A stretch of 64,000 nucleotides of DNA from assembly GCA_965248265.1 (NCBI GenBank), contig CBDFJF010000002.1:2080001-2144000 (forward strand), read 5' to 3'. Below the pieces are notes generated by a model. That model was not told the DNA's origin and ran no database searches. It was given only the letters and a program-made list of their open reading frames with translations. A program made the translations under genes and the position numbers. Of the stretch, positions 47,065 through 55,971 are shown one piece after another (the first letter of the stretch is position 1; each line of letters begins with the position of its first letter). Source of the stretch: Candidatus Latescibacterota bacterium. Its GTDB lineage: Bacteria; Latescibacterota; UBA2968; UBA8231.

Positions 47065-49133
47065 GCATGCGAGCGGTTCTATCACACCTGTCTGGCATGA
47101 GCTGGACGTCTTCGAGCGCCGCTTCCGCCGCTCTCTTTCTTGTGGCCCTGGCGCTGCGGTTGCTGCACGTGTTCGAGGCCAGTCATTCTCCCTATTTCGG
47201 CGAGCTCATTCTCGACGAAGGCGAATATCAGACCCTGGCTCGTGGCTTGTTGGGTGGCGAATGGGAGCAAGCGGCCGACGATACCTACGTGCACGGCGTT
47301 CTCTACCCGGCCCTGTGGGCGCTGGTGATGCTGGTCGGAGGTGGGCCGTTGGCGATGCAGATCGTGCAGGCCGTTCTCAGTGCTTCAACCTGCGTTCTTC
47401 TTCAGCGCGCCGCCCGCCACCTGATGCCGCCGGCTGCCGCCATGGTCTGCGGCCTGCTGGCCGCCGTCTACTGGCCCTTTGTCCTGTACAGCAGCCAGTT
47501 GCTGGCCACAACGCTGGTGTTGTTCCTGGTGGCAGCCACGCTGGCCCTGCTGCTGCGACCGGGCGCGACCACGCCGCTGTGCGTGGTAGGGGCGGGGGGC
47601 TTACTGGCTCTGCTGGCCACGACCCGCGCCAACGCCCTGTTACTTGTGCTGCCGGTGTTCCTGTGGTTGAGACAGTTGGCTCGCCAAGAGGGTCGGACTT
47701 TCTGGCGGGGTGGCGCCATGCTCGCTACCGGTCTGCTGTTGGGATTGGCGCCTTTCGTGGCCTTCAACTGGTCGACGCAGGGTACGGCCGCGCCGTTCGA
47801 AGGGGCCTGGAGTTTCTACATGGGCAACAACGCGGAGGCCGACGGCACTCCGTACGCCCGCCAGGGCCTCGACTGGCAACGCCTGGAGTCGGTCGGTTAC
47901 CGCGACGGCTGGGATGCTACGCCTGCGGATCGAGGCCGCATCTATCTGTCCGATGGAGTGACCTTTCTGGCTCACGAACCGGGGATGGCTCTGGGTCTGG
48001 CGTGGCGCAAACTTCGCCTGTTCTGGAATGCCTTTGAGGTGCCGGTCAGTGTTGACCTGGCCTGGTACGCCCACAACACCTGGCTGGGCCGGCTGCTGCC
48101 CGGATTCGGCCTGCTGGTACCGCTGGCGCTGGTGGGCATGGGAGTCAATCTGAAGCAGTGGCGGGGGCGTTGGGGCTTCGCCCTCGGTGGTGTCCTCGCC
48201 TTCCTGCTCTCCGGCTTGCTGTTCACGGTGTGCGCTCGCTACCGGCTACCCGCTCTCCCGTTTCTGATCCTGTTCGCCGCGGACGCACTTCGGTTGGGCG
48301 CAGGAGCCCTGCGAAGTCGCCAACGCGGGACCGCTGCCCGACTCGGGATAGGCCTGGTGGTGGCGACGGTCTGGGTCCACACCGGCGTCGATGCCGCCGC
48401 CGTCGACCACCTGCGACCGCGGTGGCTCCAGGGCAGCATCCACCTGCGCAAGGGCGAGATCGAGCAGGCCATGGTCGATTTGCGCGCTGCAGCCGAAGAC
48501 CATCCGAAGGATGCCGAAGTGCGCAACAGCCTCGCTGTGGCTCTGGAACGCCAGGACCGGTCGCCAGAGGCTGAGACCGTATACCGGGAGGCTCTGCGTC
48601 TGGCGCCCGATCATGCCAAAGCCTGGCTGAACCTTGGGGATCTGTTGCGTCGCCAGCGACGGCTTCCAGAGGCGGCCGAAGCGATCCAGCGGGCCCTGGC
48701 CGTCGATCCCAGGCCCGGCACCCAGCAGAAGGGACGCGTGCTCCTGGGGCAGGTTCTTCTCGAAGGAGGCCGCCCGGGCCAGGCGCGGGCCACACTGACC
48801 GAGGCTCTAGTTATCCTCGACGGTCGCGATCTTCGCTATGCCCTGGCCAGCGCATGTTACCATCTAGAACTGCCTGACGAGGAGGTGGCCCACCTCGAGC
48901 AGGCGGTGCAGCTGGACTCGTCCTTCGCGCCTGCCTGGCGCAACCTAGGGGTCGTTTACCTGCGCCGGGGAGATCTGGTCACCGCCGAGCAGGCCCTCAA
49001 GCGAGCCGCTTCCCTCGATCCGAGTTCATCCACCGTGTACCGGCACCTGGGAGCATTCTACCAGCGCACGGGGCGCCAGAAGATGGCGCGACAGGCCATC
49101 GAGCGGGCTCGCCGCCTCGAACAACCGTTCTAG
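47061..49133 (+). CDS. GT-C (GT39/ArnT-PMT-like) glycosyltransferase with TPRs
   Basis: LILDEGEY, VYWPFVLY, SFYMGNN and FTVCARYRLP, plus TPRs. Confidence 0.85.
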   Translation: MSMRAVLSHLSGMSWTSSSAASAALFLVALALRLLHVFEASHSPYFGELILDEGEYQTLARGLLGGEWEQAADDTYVHGVLYPALWALVMLVGGGPLAMQIVQAVLSASTCVLLQRAARHLMPPAAAMVCGLLAAVYWPFVLYSSQLLATTLVLFLVAATLALLLRPGATTPLCVVGAGGLLALLATTRANALLLVLPVFLWLRQLARQEGRTFWRGGAMLATGLLLGLAPFVAFNWSTQGTAAPFEGAWSFYMGNNAEADGTPYARQGLDWQRLESVGYRDGWDATPADRGRIYLSDGVTFLAHEPGMALGLAWRKLRLFWNAFEVPVSVDLAWYAHNTWLGRLLPGFGLLVPLALVGMGVNLKQWRGRWGFALGGVLAFLLSGLLFTVCARYRLPALPFLILFAADALRLGAGALRSRQRGTAARLGIGLVVATVWVHTGVDAAAVDHLRPRWLQGSIHLRKGEIEQAMVDLRAAAEDHPKDAEVRNSLAVALERQDRSPEAETVYREALRLAPDHAKAWLNLGDLLRRQRRLPEAAEAIQRALAVDPRPGTQQKGRVLLGQVLLEGGRPGQARATLTEALVILDGRDLRYALASACYHLELPDEEVAHLEQAVQLDSSFAPAWRNLGVVYLRRGDLVTAEQALKRAASLDPSSSTVYRHLGAFYQRTGRQKMARQAIERARRLEQPF

Positions 49134-49314
49134 AGGAAACAGACAATACCGTTTTGCGGAGGGCGGAGTACTGTTCAGCGCCGGCAACTCTATCATCAAC
49201 GACGTTTTGGGGGATGAGCCCGAGGCCGGCTTCAGCCAGACTCGAACCATGACCCTGCTGCGCTGAGCTTCAACCCCCTCTTCAACCGCATCACCTTCGC
49301 AGAGAGCGCCACAT

Positions 49315-49353
49315 AAAAAAAAGTTGGGCAGGTCAACGAGCGACCTGCCCAAC
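49315..49353 (-). terminator. Intrinsic terminator after SWGRIK gene 2
   Basis: GTTGGGCAGGTC-N7-GACCTGCCCAAC followed on the minus strand by T8. Confidence 0.85.
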
Positions 49354-49419
49354 CTTTCTCTTCAGGCAACCAAGAAGGATCTCTGCCGGGACAGAAGCCC
49401 TCAGGTTGAGAAGTTTTTC

Positions 49420-50403
49420 TTAGAACTGAGCCTTGATGCGACCCCAGCTCTGATCCTCGACCGCAGTCGGCCAAGCAAGGCTTCTGTCGATCGGTTCGAG
49501 CACGATGTCGACTTCACCAAACGAGCTTGCGCCCGTTCCGGCCGTGGTGGTCCAGTAACCGCCGTCCAGGAAGTCATCCGGGCCGTCATCGCCGGGCGAG
49601 CCGCAGATTATGGTGCAATCCGCGTCCACGAAGGTCTGGGTGATGTGGATGACCTGATTCACATCCAGATCGTCAGTTACCCAGTCAGCGGGACTCGTGG
49701 GCGATTCGATGCTGGTGTCTGAGTACAGGAAGGGCGAAGTCTGGAGCTCATACCAATACGTGCTCTCGCCGTGTTCCTCTCCCGTGAAGGTGTGCTGCAC
49801 CTCGTAGTAGCCATCCAACGCGCCCGAACTCTGATCGTTGACCCAATCGCATCTGATACAAAGGCCCGAGAACATCCACCCGAGGCCTGCATTGGGTCCA
49901 CCACCGATCGGTGGCAAGGTGTAGTTGAAGCTGAAATTGTGCTTCTCACCCGCATCGTTCAGGTCTGCCAGCTCCTGCTGGCTGAGCTGCTCCATCATCA
50001 ACATGGTTTCCATGGCATCATCCCACCACCACCTGGCCGGATCGTCACGAAGAGCGGAGTGATAGTCGTCGAAGACCCTGTAGCCGTAGTAGAGCTTGTT
50101 CTGGGCATCGCTCCAACCGTACAGGAACTCGACGCTGATGTCAGCGGCGTCATTGTTGCCAAAGAAATCCTCAAGACCGCCGAAGCCCTCGATGGGCCGG
50201 ATATGGTCATCGGTGAGGGCGAAAATGCTACGGTCGACCGCCGCCCAATCCGAGAGATCACCGTCGATGGTCGGCTCTAGACCCGGCGGGAAGTGGACTG
50301 CGGGCACTGCCCCCGCTTCGAATCCGGGAGGATTCTGGTGGGCGACCGCCAAAGATGCTGTGGTGAGCAAGCCCACCGCAATGTAAAACAGACTCTTCTT
50401 CAT
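49420..50403 (-). CDS. Secreted CBM9/DOMON-like protein with C-terminal SWGRIK motif (cassette copy 2)
   Basis: Signal peptide MKKSLFYIAVGLLTTASLAVA-H, PTIDGDLSDW, VFDDYH and ending AVEDQSWGRIKAQF. Confidence 0.82.
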   Translation of the reverse strand: MKKSLFYIAVGLLTTASLAVAHQNPPGFEAGAVPAVHFPPGLEPTIDGDLSDWAAVDRSIFALTDDHIRPIEGFGGLEDFFGNNDAADISVEFLYGWSDAQNKLYYGYRVFDDYHSALRDDPARWWWDDAMETMLMMEQLSQQELADLNDAGEKHNFSFNYTLPPIGGGPNAGLGWMFSGLCIRCDWVNDQSSGALDGYYEVQHTFTGEEHGESTYWYELQTSPFLYSDTSIESPTSPADWVTDDLDVNQVIHITQTFVDADCTIICGSPGDDGPDDFLDGGYWTTTAGTGASSFGEVDIVLEPIDRSLAWPTAVEDQSWGRIKAQF

Positions 50404-50470
50404 GTATCCTCTTTCTCCTCCTCCTGCTGCCAGGAAAGGTGGGGCGTTACACCTAACAGTTGTACGAAAG

Positions 50471-50512
50471 GTGATGTGAGTCGTTACAGGTGTGATGTGA
50501 GTCGTTACAGGT
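50471..50512. repeat. Perfect 21-bp tandem duplication upstream of SWGRIK gene 2
   Basis: GTGATGTGAGTCGTTACAGGT x2. Confidence 0.9.
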
Positions 50513-50558
50513 ACTGAATTGGATCTCCCTAAATCATAGAATTCTGATTTGGCACATC

Positions 50559-50587
50559 AAGTTAATAGAACCGGAAAAGACAATCAA
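50559..50587 (-). promoter_or_regulatory. Putative sigma70 promoter for SWGRIK gene 2
   Basis: Minus strand TTGATT-N17-TAACTT. Shares CTTGATTG...TATTAACT with the copy 1 promoter. Confidence 0.55.
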
Positions 50588-50627
50588 GCGTTTTTTGACG
50601 CGGAACTACCATCATTCCAACGGCTCC

Positions 50628-52730
50628 TCAGTACGCCAGCGACAGCACCCTCATCGCGGTATCGACGCCCTGGTCCGTGTCGACGGAGACCCTGAGCAGG
50701 TAGGTTCCCGGGGGCACCAGATTCCCGGTGCCATCGCGACCGTCCCAGCTGAGCGCATCGTCGTCGTTGAAACTGTGACTGCTGCTCGTGGCGGCAAGTA
50801 CCTGGCGAAGCAGCCGGCCTGACAAATCGAAGACCTCCACGCTGATCTGCCGGGGCCGATTCAGGTCGCGCACGTCGAACGCAATGGCGACCTCGTCGTT
50901 GATGCCGTCGCCGTTGGGACTGCACACGGGCGAAGAGACCGTGAGTCGCTGCAGGAGATTGCCGCCGAGCGGGGTGCGCACGGACAGGTCATCTCCGAGG
51001 AAGCGGAAAGTGGCGTTGCCGGGTTCCACCTGCTGCTTGAGCTCGGGTTCCTCACTGTCGTAGATCCAGCCGCTGAATTCGGCCCCGAAGCGCAGAACCC
51101 GGGCGTCAAACGCCACCTCGATACGCTTCTGGTCGTCGTTGCTGGGGTCCTGGAGCTTGTCGAATTTCACGATGATGCGATCCGGCAGGATTTCGGGTAC
51201 TGTCTCGGACGCTGAGCGGTCGATGACCTCGTCGCCGCCGACCAGCACCGAGCGCACAGTATCGACCTGAGTACCGGTTAGGATCTCCAGCCGATCGAAG
51301 CCGCGGTTGCCCTGGTTGAGGAAGGGGTTGACCACATAGGTGAACATATGAGGCTCGAAGCTGTCCACCTCGATCGGCCAGATTTCGCCAACCACAGCTG
51401 CGGCCACCGGCGACTCGGCGAACAGCACAGTCAGGTCATCCAGACGGGGCGCCTGCAACAAGGTCGACTCGAAGATGATCTCGAACTGCAGGTAGCGACT
51501 CGGGCCGGGCGACAGAAACCGGGTGCCGTCCCGCCATTCATGTGCCGGGGACTCAGGATCGCGCAGCCCCGCTTCGAAGTCATATACCGGCGACCAGAAG
51601 CTCCAGTTGTCCACATCGTGGGTGCGGTTCTGAGCGTCGATGCCAGCTATGATCCACGCATCTGCGTCCGACTGGGCGAGCAGGCCGGTGCGGCCCGTGG
51701 TCCAGAACAGACTGGGGCTCCTGGTATGACCGGTGCGCGTCCGAATCTGCAGCCGGGTGCCGGGGGGTTGGTCGCCGCCCCAGCGAATCTTGCTGAAGGT
51801 CGCAGCGGTGGAGCCGAAATCGAGGATCTCGGAGCGCCAGACCCGCCGCCGGGGATAGCCATCGGCGTAGACCTCCCACTCGGCTATCTCCCAGGTGCGT
51901 TCGGGGATGAGGGGCCGCAGCGTGATGAAGCGCAGATGGCGATCTACTTCGAGCTCGGTGTCCACGAGGAGGTTTTCGCGCGTCGTGATCAGGACATCCA
52001 GCTGCGGATCGGGCGGCAGCTGGTGGGCGCCTTCATGCCTGAATTCCGAGAATTGACTGTGGCCGGGCCTGATCGTTCCCCTCTTGCTCTGTTTGGGGGC
52101 ATTGTTGTCACCCATCTGGATTTCAAACCACGGCAGATAGTTGGACTCGAGACCCTCGCGGGGGTAGAAGCGGGTACGGGAGAGCGGAACTTCCCTGCCG
52201 AAGGCGAGGGCCCACACCGAGGCGTCGCCCGTCATATTTCCGGTGATCAAGGGGTTTTCCCGCACGACTCTCAGGAGCACGGTCGTGGGATCTCCGTCGT
52301 GGATCGGAGTGAGGTCCTGGGCGTGCCCCCCGACCGCGAAGGTCCCGCCGTTGCCCACCAGGTTACCTTTTTCGGCGATGTTGACCGTTTTGTCGTACCA
52401 CTGAGGTCTCAGGATATTCCCACTCATATCCGGCAGATCGGGTCCCCGATAGAAATACTCCTTCAGGTAGGTGCCGCCGCCCGCCTCATCGATCACTCGA
52501 ACGGACACCTGCCTGCGCTCATCGCCGTCTTCGCCGATGACCACGTAGTTGACTGGGTCACGGTCACAGACCTTGATCGCCTCGGGTAGCCAGTAGGGCA
52601 GATTCCGGCACATACTCGACCACTGGTTTCCCGACTCGCCGCCCAGGCGGAATTCAGACCGTGCCCACGCGCTGCCGGAAATTGTCAACACCAAGACAAC
52701 CGTAGTAACGGTTCGGAGTGAAAGCATCAT
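50628..52730 (-). CDS. Secreted multidomain protein A2 (FlgD-Ig/SPNGDG C-terminal domain)
   Basis: Paralog of A1 (ARSEFRLG, VGEIWPIEVDSFEP, VLRFGAEFSGW), ending VLSLAY. Confidence 0.8.
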   Translation of the reverse strand: MMLSLRTVTTVVLVLTISGSAWARSEFRLGGESGNQWSSMCRNLPYWLPEAIKVCDRDPVNYVVIGEDGDERRQVSVRVIDEAGGGTYLKEYFYRGPDLPDMSGNILRPQWYDKTVNIAEKGNLVGNGGTFAVGGHAQDLTPIHDGDPTTVLLRVVRENPLITGNMTGDASVWALAFGREVPLSRTRFYPREGLESNYLPWFEIQMGDNNAPKQSKRGTIRPGHSQFSEFRHEGAHQLPPDPQLDVLITTRENLLVDTELEVDRHLRFITLRPLIPERTWEIAEWEVYADGYPRRRVWRSEILDFGSTAATFSKIRWGGDQPPGTRLQIRTRTGHTRSPSLFWTTGRTGLLAQSDADAWIIAGIDAQNRTHDVDNWSFWSPVYDFEAGLRDPESPAHEWRDGTRFLSPGPSRYLQFEIIFESTLLQAPRLDDLTVLFAESPVAAAVVGEIWPIEVDSFEPHMFTYVVNPFLNQGNRGFDRLEILTGTQVDTVRSVLVGGDEVIDRSASETVPEILPDRIIVKFDKLQDPSNDDQKRIEVAFDARVLRFGAEFSGWIYDSEEPELKQQVEPGNATFRFLGDDLSVRTPLGGNLLQRLTVSSPVCSPNGDGINDEVAIAFDVRDLNRPRQISVEVFDLSGRLLRQVLAATSSSHSFNDDDALSWDGRDGTGNLVPPGTYLLRVSVDTDQGVDTAMRVLSLAY

Positions 52731-52742
52731 CCAAGCTCCTTG

Positions 52743-55700
52743 TCAATACGCAACGGCGATAACCCGGGTCTGTTTGAGCCCATCGACATCAGCATCGGCG
52801 AGCGCCTCGAGCTGACACAGGTAGAGGCCCGGCGGCACCAGGTGTCCGTTCATGTCCATGCCGTTCCACTCCATGGTCTGCCGTCCACCAAGAAACTCCT
52901 TTTCCTGCTGCCACAAAAGATGACCGCCCAGCGTGTAGATGCGCAGGGCGATCGGGCGCTCGTCGAACACCCGGAACAGGGAGAAGTCGATCTGAGCAAG
53001 GTCGTTGACGCCGTCGTCGTTGGGCGTGAACGGGTTGGGTGCGATCGCGACGTCGTCGATGACACCCGTCGGCTGCGGGGCCCTGATGACGAGGGTCTGC
53101 GCCGGCCGCAGCTCGGTGACATCCTGCTCTCGGGCCACTTGCCAGGCCGCCTCGACACCGCTGTTGCGCACGGCGACGTTGAGGACCGTGGTCGGGAGGT
53201 AAACCTCGGATGTGAAGCGCAGCCGCACCAGCCGCCCAGGGCCGATTTCCCAACCCCGCTCGCGGGAGCGGGGGTATTGGCTAACGAGCAGGTTGCCCAG
53301 CTCGTCATACGCTGACTGATTGCCTACGCTGCTCACCTTGCGGAAGTACCGGATCGGTCCCTTCTCCTCGTCCGGCAGCTCTTCGTACTCGGCCGCAGTG
53401 ACCACGTCGTCGTCGGTGAGCGCATCACCCTCGCCGACCTGACGGAAGTGGATCACCTGGCCGCGCTCTTCGTCGCGCAGCGCACTGTGGCTGTAGAAGG
53501 TCAGCAGAGTCCCACTGAGATCGGTGGGCACCTCGTCAGCGGGGTTCTCATCATCGCCGGGACTGACCAGGCGAAAGTAGGAGCGCTGCAGCAGAGCAGC
53601 CGGGGTACTCTCGAGTACCTCGGGCAGGACCAACCACAGGGAGTCGCCCTGGGACATCACCTGCAATGTGTCGGGGGAGGCAGAGGCAGCATCCAGCAAC
53701 ATGGAGCGGCCATCCTCAACGAACCAGCGGTCGAACAGCTGCACCGGTTGATCGGCGCCCAGCTCGGCTTCCGTGCCCACCGCCAGATCCACCATGCGCA
53801 GGTCGATCGGGGGATCCGAGCGCAGGCGGATCTCGTCGATGCCCGGGCTGACTTCAGGCCGCTGGAGAAAGTCGGGCTGTAGGAACACCTCGAACGTATC
53901 AAGCCGACCCGGAAGCGTCAGTGCGGGCCACACCTCGGCCCCCAGCCCATGCGCCAGCGGTTGCTCCAGATCGACGATGATCTTCTCGAGGACGGGTACC
54001 GTTTCCTGGTCGTGGTTGATGAGGCGGGCCTGAATCTGCAGTTGGCTGCGCAGGCCGGGCGACGTGGCCAGTTCCCCCGAAACCGAGTACCTCTGACTCC
54101 ACGGGTTCCAGCCGGAGCCGATTTCCAGCGACGTGATTATGGGCCCCTTGAAGCTTCGCAACCTGTTGTAATTATTGATCTTGGCCTCTTCGTCCTTGCC
54201 CGTCACCTCGTTCCCCGCTTTGTCGTAGTAGCGGGTGACCTCTACCAGCTGATCGCCCGTGCGAGTGCGGATTTCGACATCGGAGCCGGGGGGGGTCTGT
54301 GCTTCCCAGTGCACGCCGCCCAGGTTGAACAGGCCTTGCACGTCGATGGGCGGGGACTCGAGCACGACTTCGGCAGGAGGTGCCGCTCCTGGGTAGAGGA
54401 ATATTTCACGAATCCGGGGTGAGAACCTGTCCGTGGTTTCACCCTCCGTGGAGTGGGCCAAGAAGAACAACTCAAAGAAACGCACCCGCTGCAGCGGCGT
54501 GAACTGATTCACCAGGAAACGGTGGAAGCCGGTGTCGATGTTGATCTCGTGGTCAGGTGTGCTGAGGACGGTCCACTGCTTCTCTCCCTGGGCGTCGAGG
54601 GTGCCCGTTGAGCCGCGCAGGATATGGCCTCGCGGCGCTCCCCTGGTAGCCATCCGCACCTGCTGCATCCACAGGATGCCCCCCAGGTCCAGCGTCAGGA
54701 CATTCGAGCCGGGCCTCTCGGGGATGATCGCATCCATGACGTTTTCCGATGCCCAGTTGCCGTCGAAGTACTGGGTCTCGTCGCCGGGAAAGGTCGATGC
54801 GATGGAGCCTCCACCGGCGGCCAGTTGGATGCCGACCTCATCCCCCCAACCCCATACTTTGATCTCGGCCAGCCGGGGGCGCTCGCGCCGGTAGTACTCC
54901 AAGCGACCTCGGCGGTCTTGTGCCAGTTTCAAGTAGGTCGCTTCGTCCTCGACAGGCTCCTCGAAGTCGCCATCGCGCAGGAAATAGACGATGTCGCCCC
55001 TGTCGTCGACCGGCAAAGCCTGCCACTCCTCCTCGGAGATCTGCTGTGCCCGGCCCATGCGCGAGCTGGATACGAAGATGCGGATCGTCTCCAGCATGCG
55101 GCCGGTCCACTCGACGTCGGCGGTCGGGTTGCCGTTGTAGGCGCCCGCTGGGGCGTCCGAATCTTCCACCGCGAATGTGTTGCTCTCGGGTTCCACCGTC
55201 ATCGCCTCGAGCGGCAACGCCCCGCCGAGCCGCGAGCTGTCGAAGACGAACACCCGCTGATCGGTGTTGATCCCCTCGAAGGGGATGAAAACGTTAGAGT
55301 TGATACCGCTGCCCTCATCGCGGAAGAGGGTTTGCTCCTCGGAGACGAGCATGACGAAGCGGAAAAAGGGATCGCCGTCACCCTCTTCCGCGAAATCGAG
55401 ACGAACCCGTTCCACGGCTACAGGCCGGCCCAGATCGACCTCGATCCACCAGTTCTCAGGCGGGTCGTCGAAGTTGGGCTCCCAGTAGGTGGTATCGACG
55501 CCGTCGAAGATGTTATCTGCCAGATGGGAATTGGAGCCCACACGGCTGATGCCGGGACGCACGAAGTAGCTGTAAATCGGGTCGTCGTTGCGATCGGTCG
55601 CCGGCTGTCCCAGCGCATCGAGGAGGCGTGTGCTGTCCATGTTGGCAATCCGCGGGAGGGGGCGGGTCACGATGACAGACCTGGTGAAGCTCCTGTCGCT

Positions 55701-55949
55701 GAGCACATCGGAGACCCCGCGGAAATGCCGCGACCGCACGGCACCGTCTTCCACGACCGTCAGATAGGTGGGCCTGTTCCAATTCCTCCAGTGCGAATCG
55801 AAATCCACCACAACCTGGTCATCATCGACGCGGGCGCCCTGAGTCTGCTGGGCGAGGGAAGGGCCGTTGGCGGTGAGGATGATAGTTGAGAGGAGGAGAA
55901 TGGGCAGGAGAGATGAGGCACAGGTGCGCCTGAAGCGTGTCTCAATCAT
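52743..55949 (-). CDS. Secreted multidomain protein B2 (FlgD-Ig/TPNDDG C-terminal domain)
   Basis: Paralog of B1. ATG 55949 follows GGAGG. Ends RVIAVAY. Confidence 0.8.
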   Translation of the reverse strand: MIETRFRRTCASSLLPILLLSTIILTANGPSLAQQTQGARVDDDQVVVDFDSHWRNWNRPTYLTVVEDGAVRSRHFRGVSDVLSDRSFTRSVIVTRPLPRIANMDSTRLLDALGQPATDRNDDPIYSYFVRPGISRVGSNSHLADNIFDGVDTTYWEPNFDDPPENWWIEVDLGRPVAVERVRLDFAEEGDGDPFFRFVMLVSEEQTLFRDEGSGINSNVFIPFEGINTDQRVFVFDSSRLGGALPLEAMTVEPESNTFAVEDSDAPAGAYNGNPTADVEWTGRMLETIRIFVSSSRMGRAQQISEEEWQALPVDDRGDIVYFLRDGDFEEPVEDEATYLKLAQDRRGRLEYYRRERPRLAEIKVWGWGDEVGIQLAAGGGSIASTFPGDETQYFDGNWASENVMDAIIPERPGSNVLTLDLGGILWMQQVRMATRGAPRGHILRGSTGTLDAQGEKQWTVLSTPDHEINIDTGFHRFLVNQFTPLQRVRFFELFFLAHSTEGETTDRFSPRIREIFLYPGAAPPAEVVLESPPIDVQGLFNLGGVHWEAQTPPGSDVEIRTRTGDQLVEVTRYYDKAGNEVTGKDEEAKINNYNRLRSFKGPIITSLEIGSGWNPWSQRYSVSGELATSPGLRSQLQIQARLINHDQETVPVLEKIIVDLEQPLAHGLGAEVWPALTLPGRLDTFEVFLQPDFLQRPEVSPGIDEIRLRSDPPIDLRMVDLAVGTEAELGADQPVQLFDRWFVEDGRSMLLDAASASPDTLQVMSQGDSLWLVLPEVLESTPAALLQRSYFRLVSPGDDENPADEVPTDLSGTLLTFYSHSALRDEERGQVIHFRQVGEGDALTDDDVVTAAEYEELPDEEKGPIRYFRKVSSVGNQSAYDELGNLLVSQYPRSRERGWEIGPGRLVRLRFTSEVYLPTTVLNVAVRNSGVEAAWQVAREQDVTELRPAQTLVIRAPQPTGVIDDVAIAPNPFTPNDDGVNDLAQIDFSLFRVFDERPIALRIYTLGGHLLWQQEKEFLGGRQTMEWNGMDMNGHLVPPGLYLCQLEALADADVDGLKQTRVIAVAY

Positions 55950-55971
55950 TTCGTAATCCTCCAAAGGTTCG

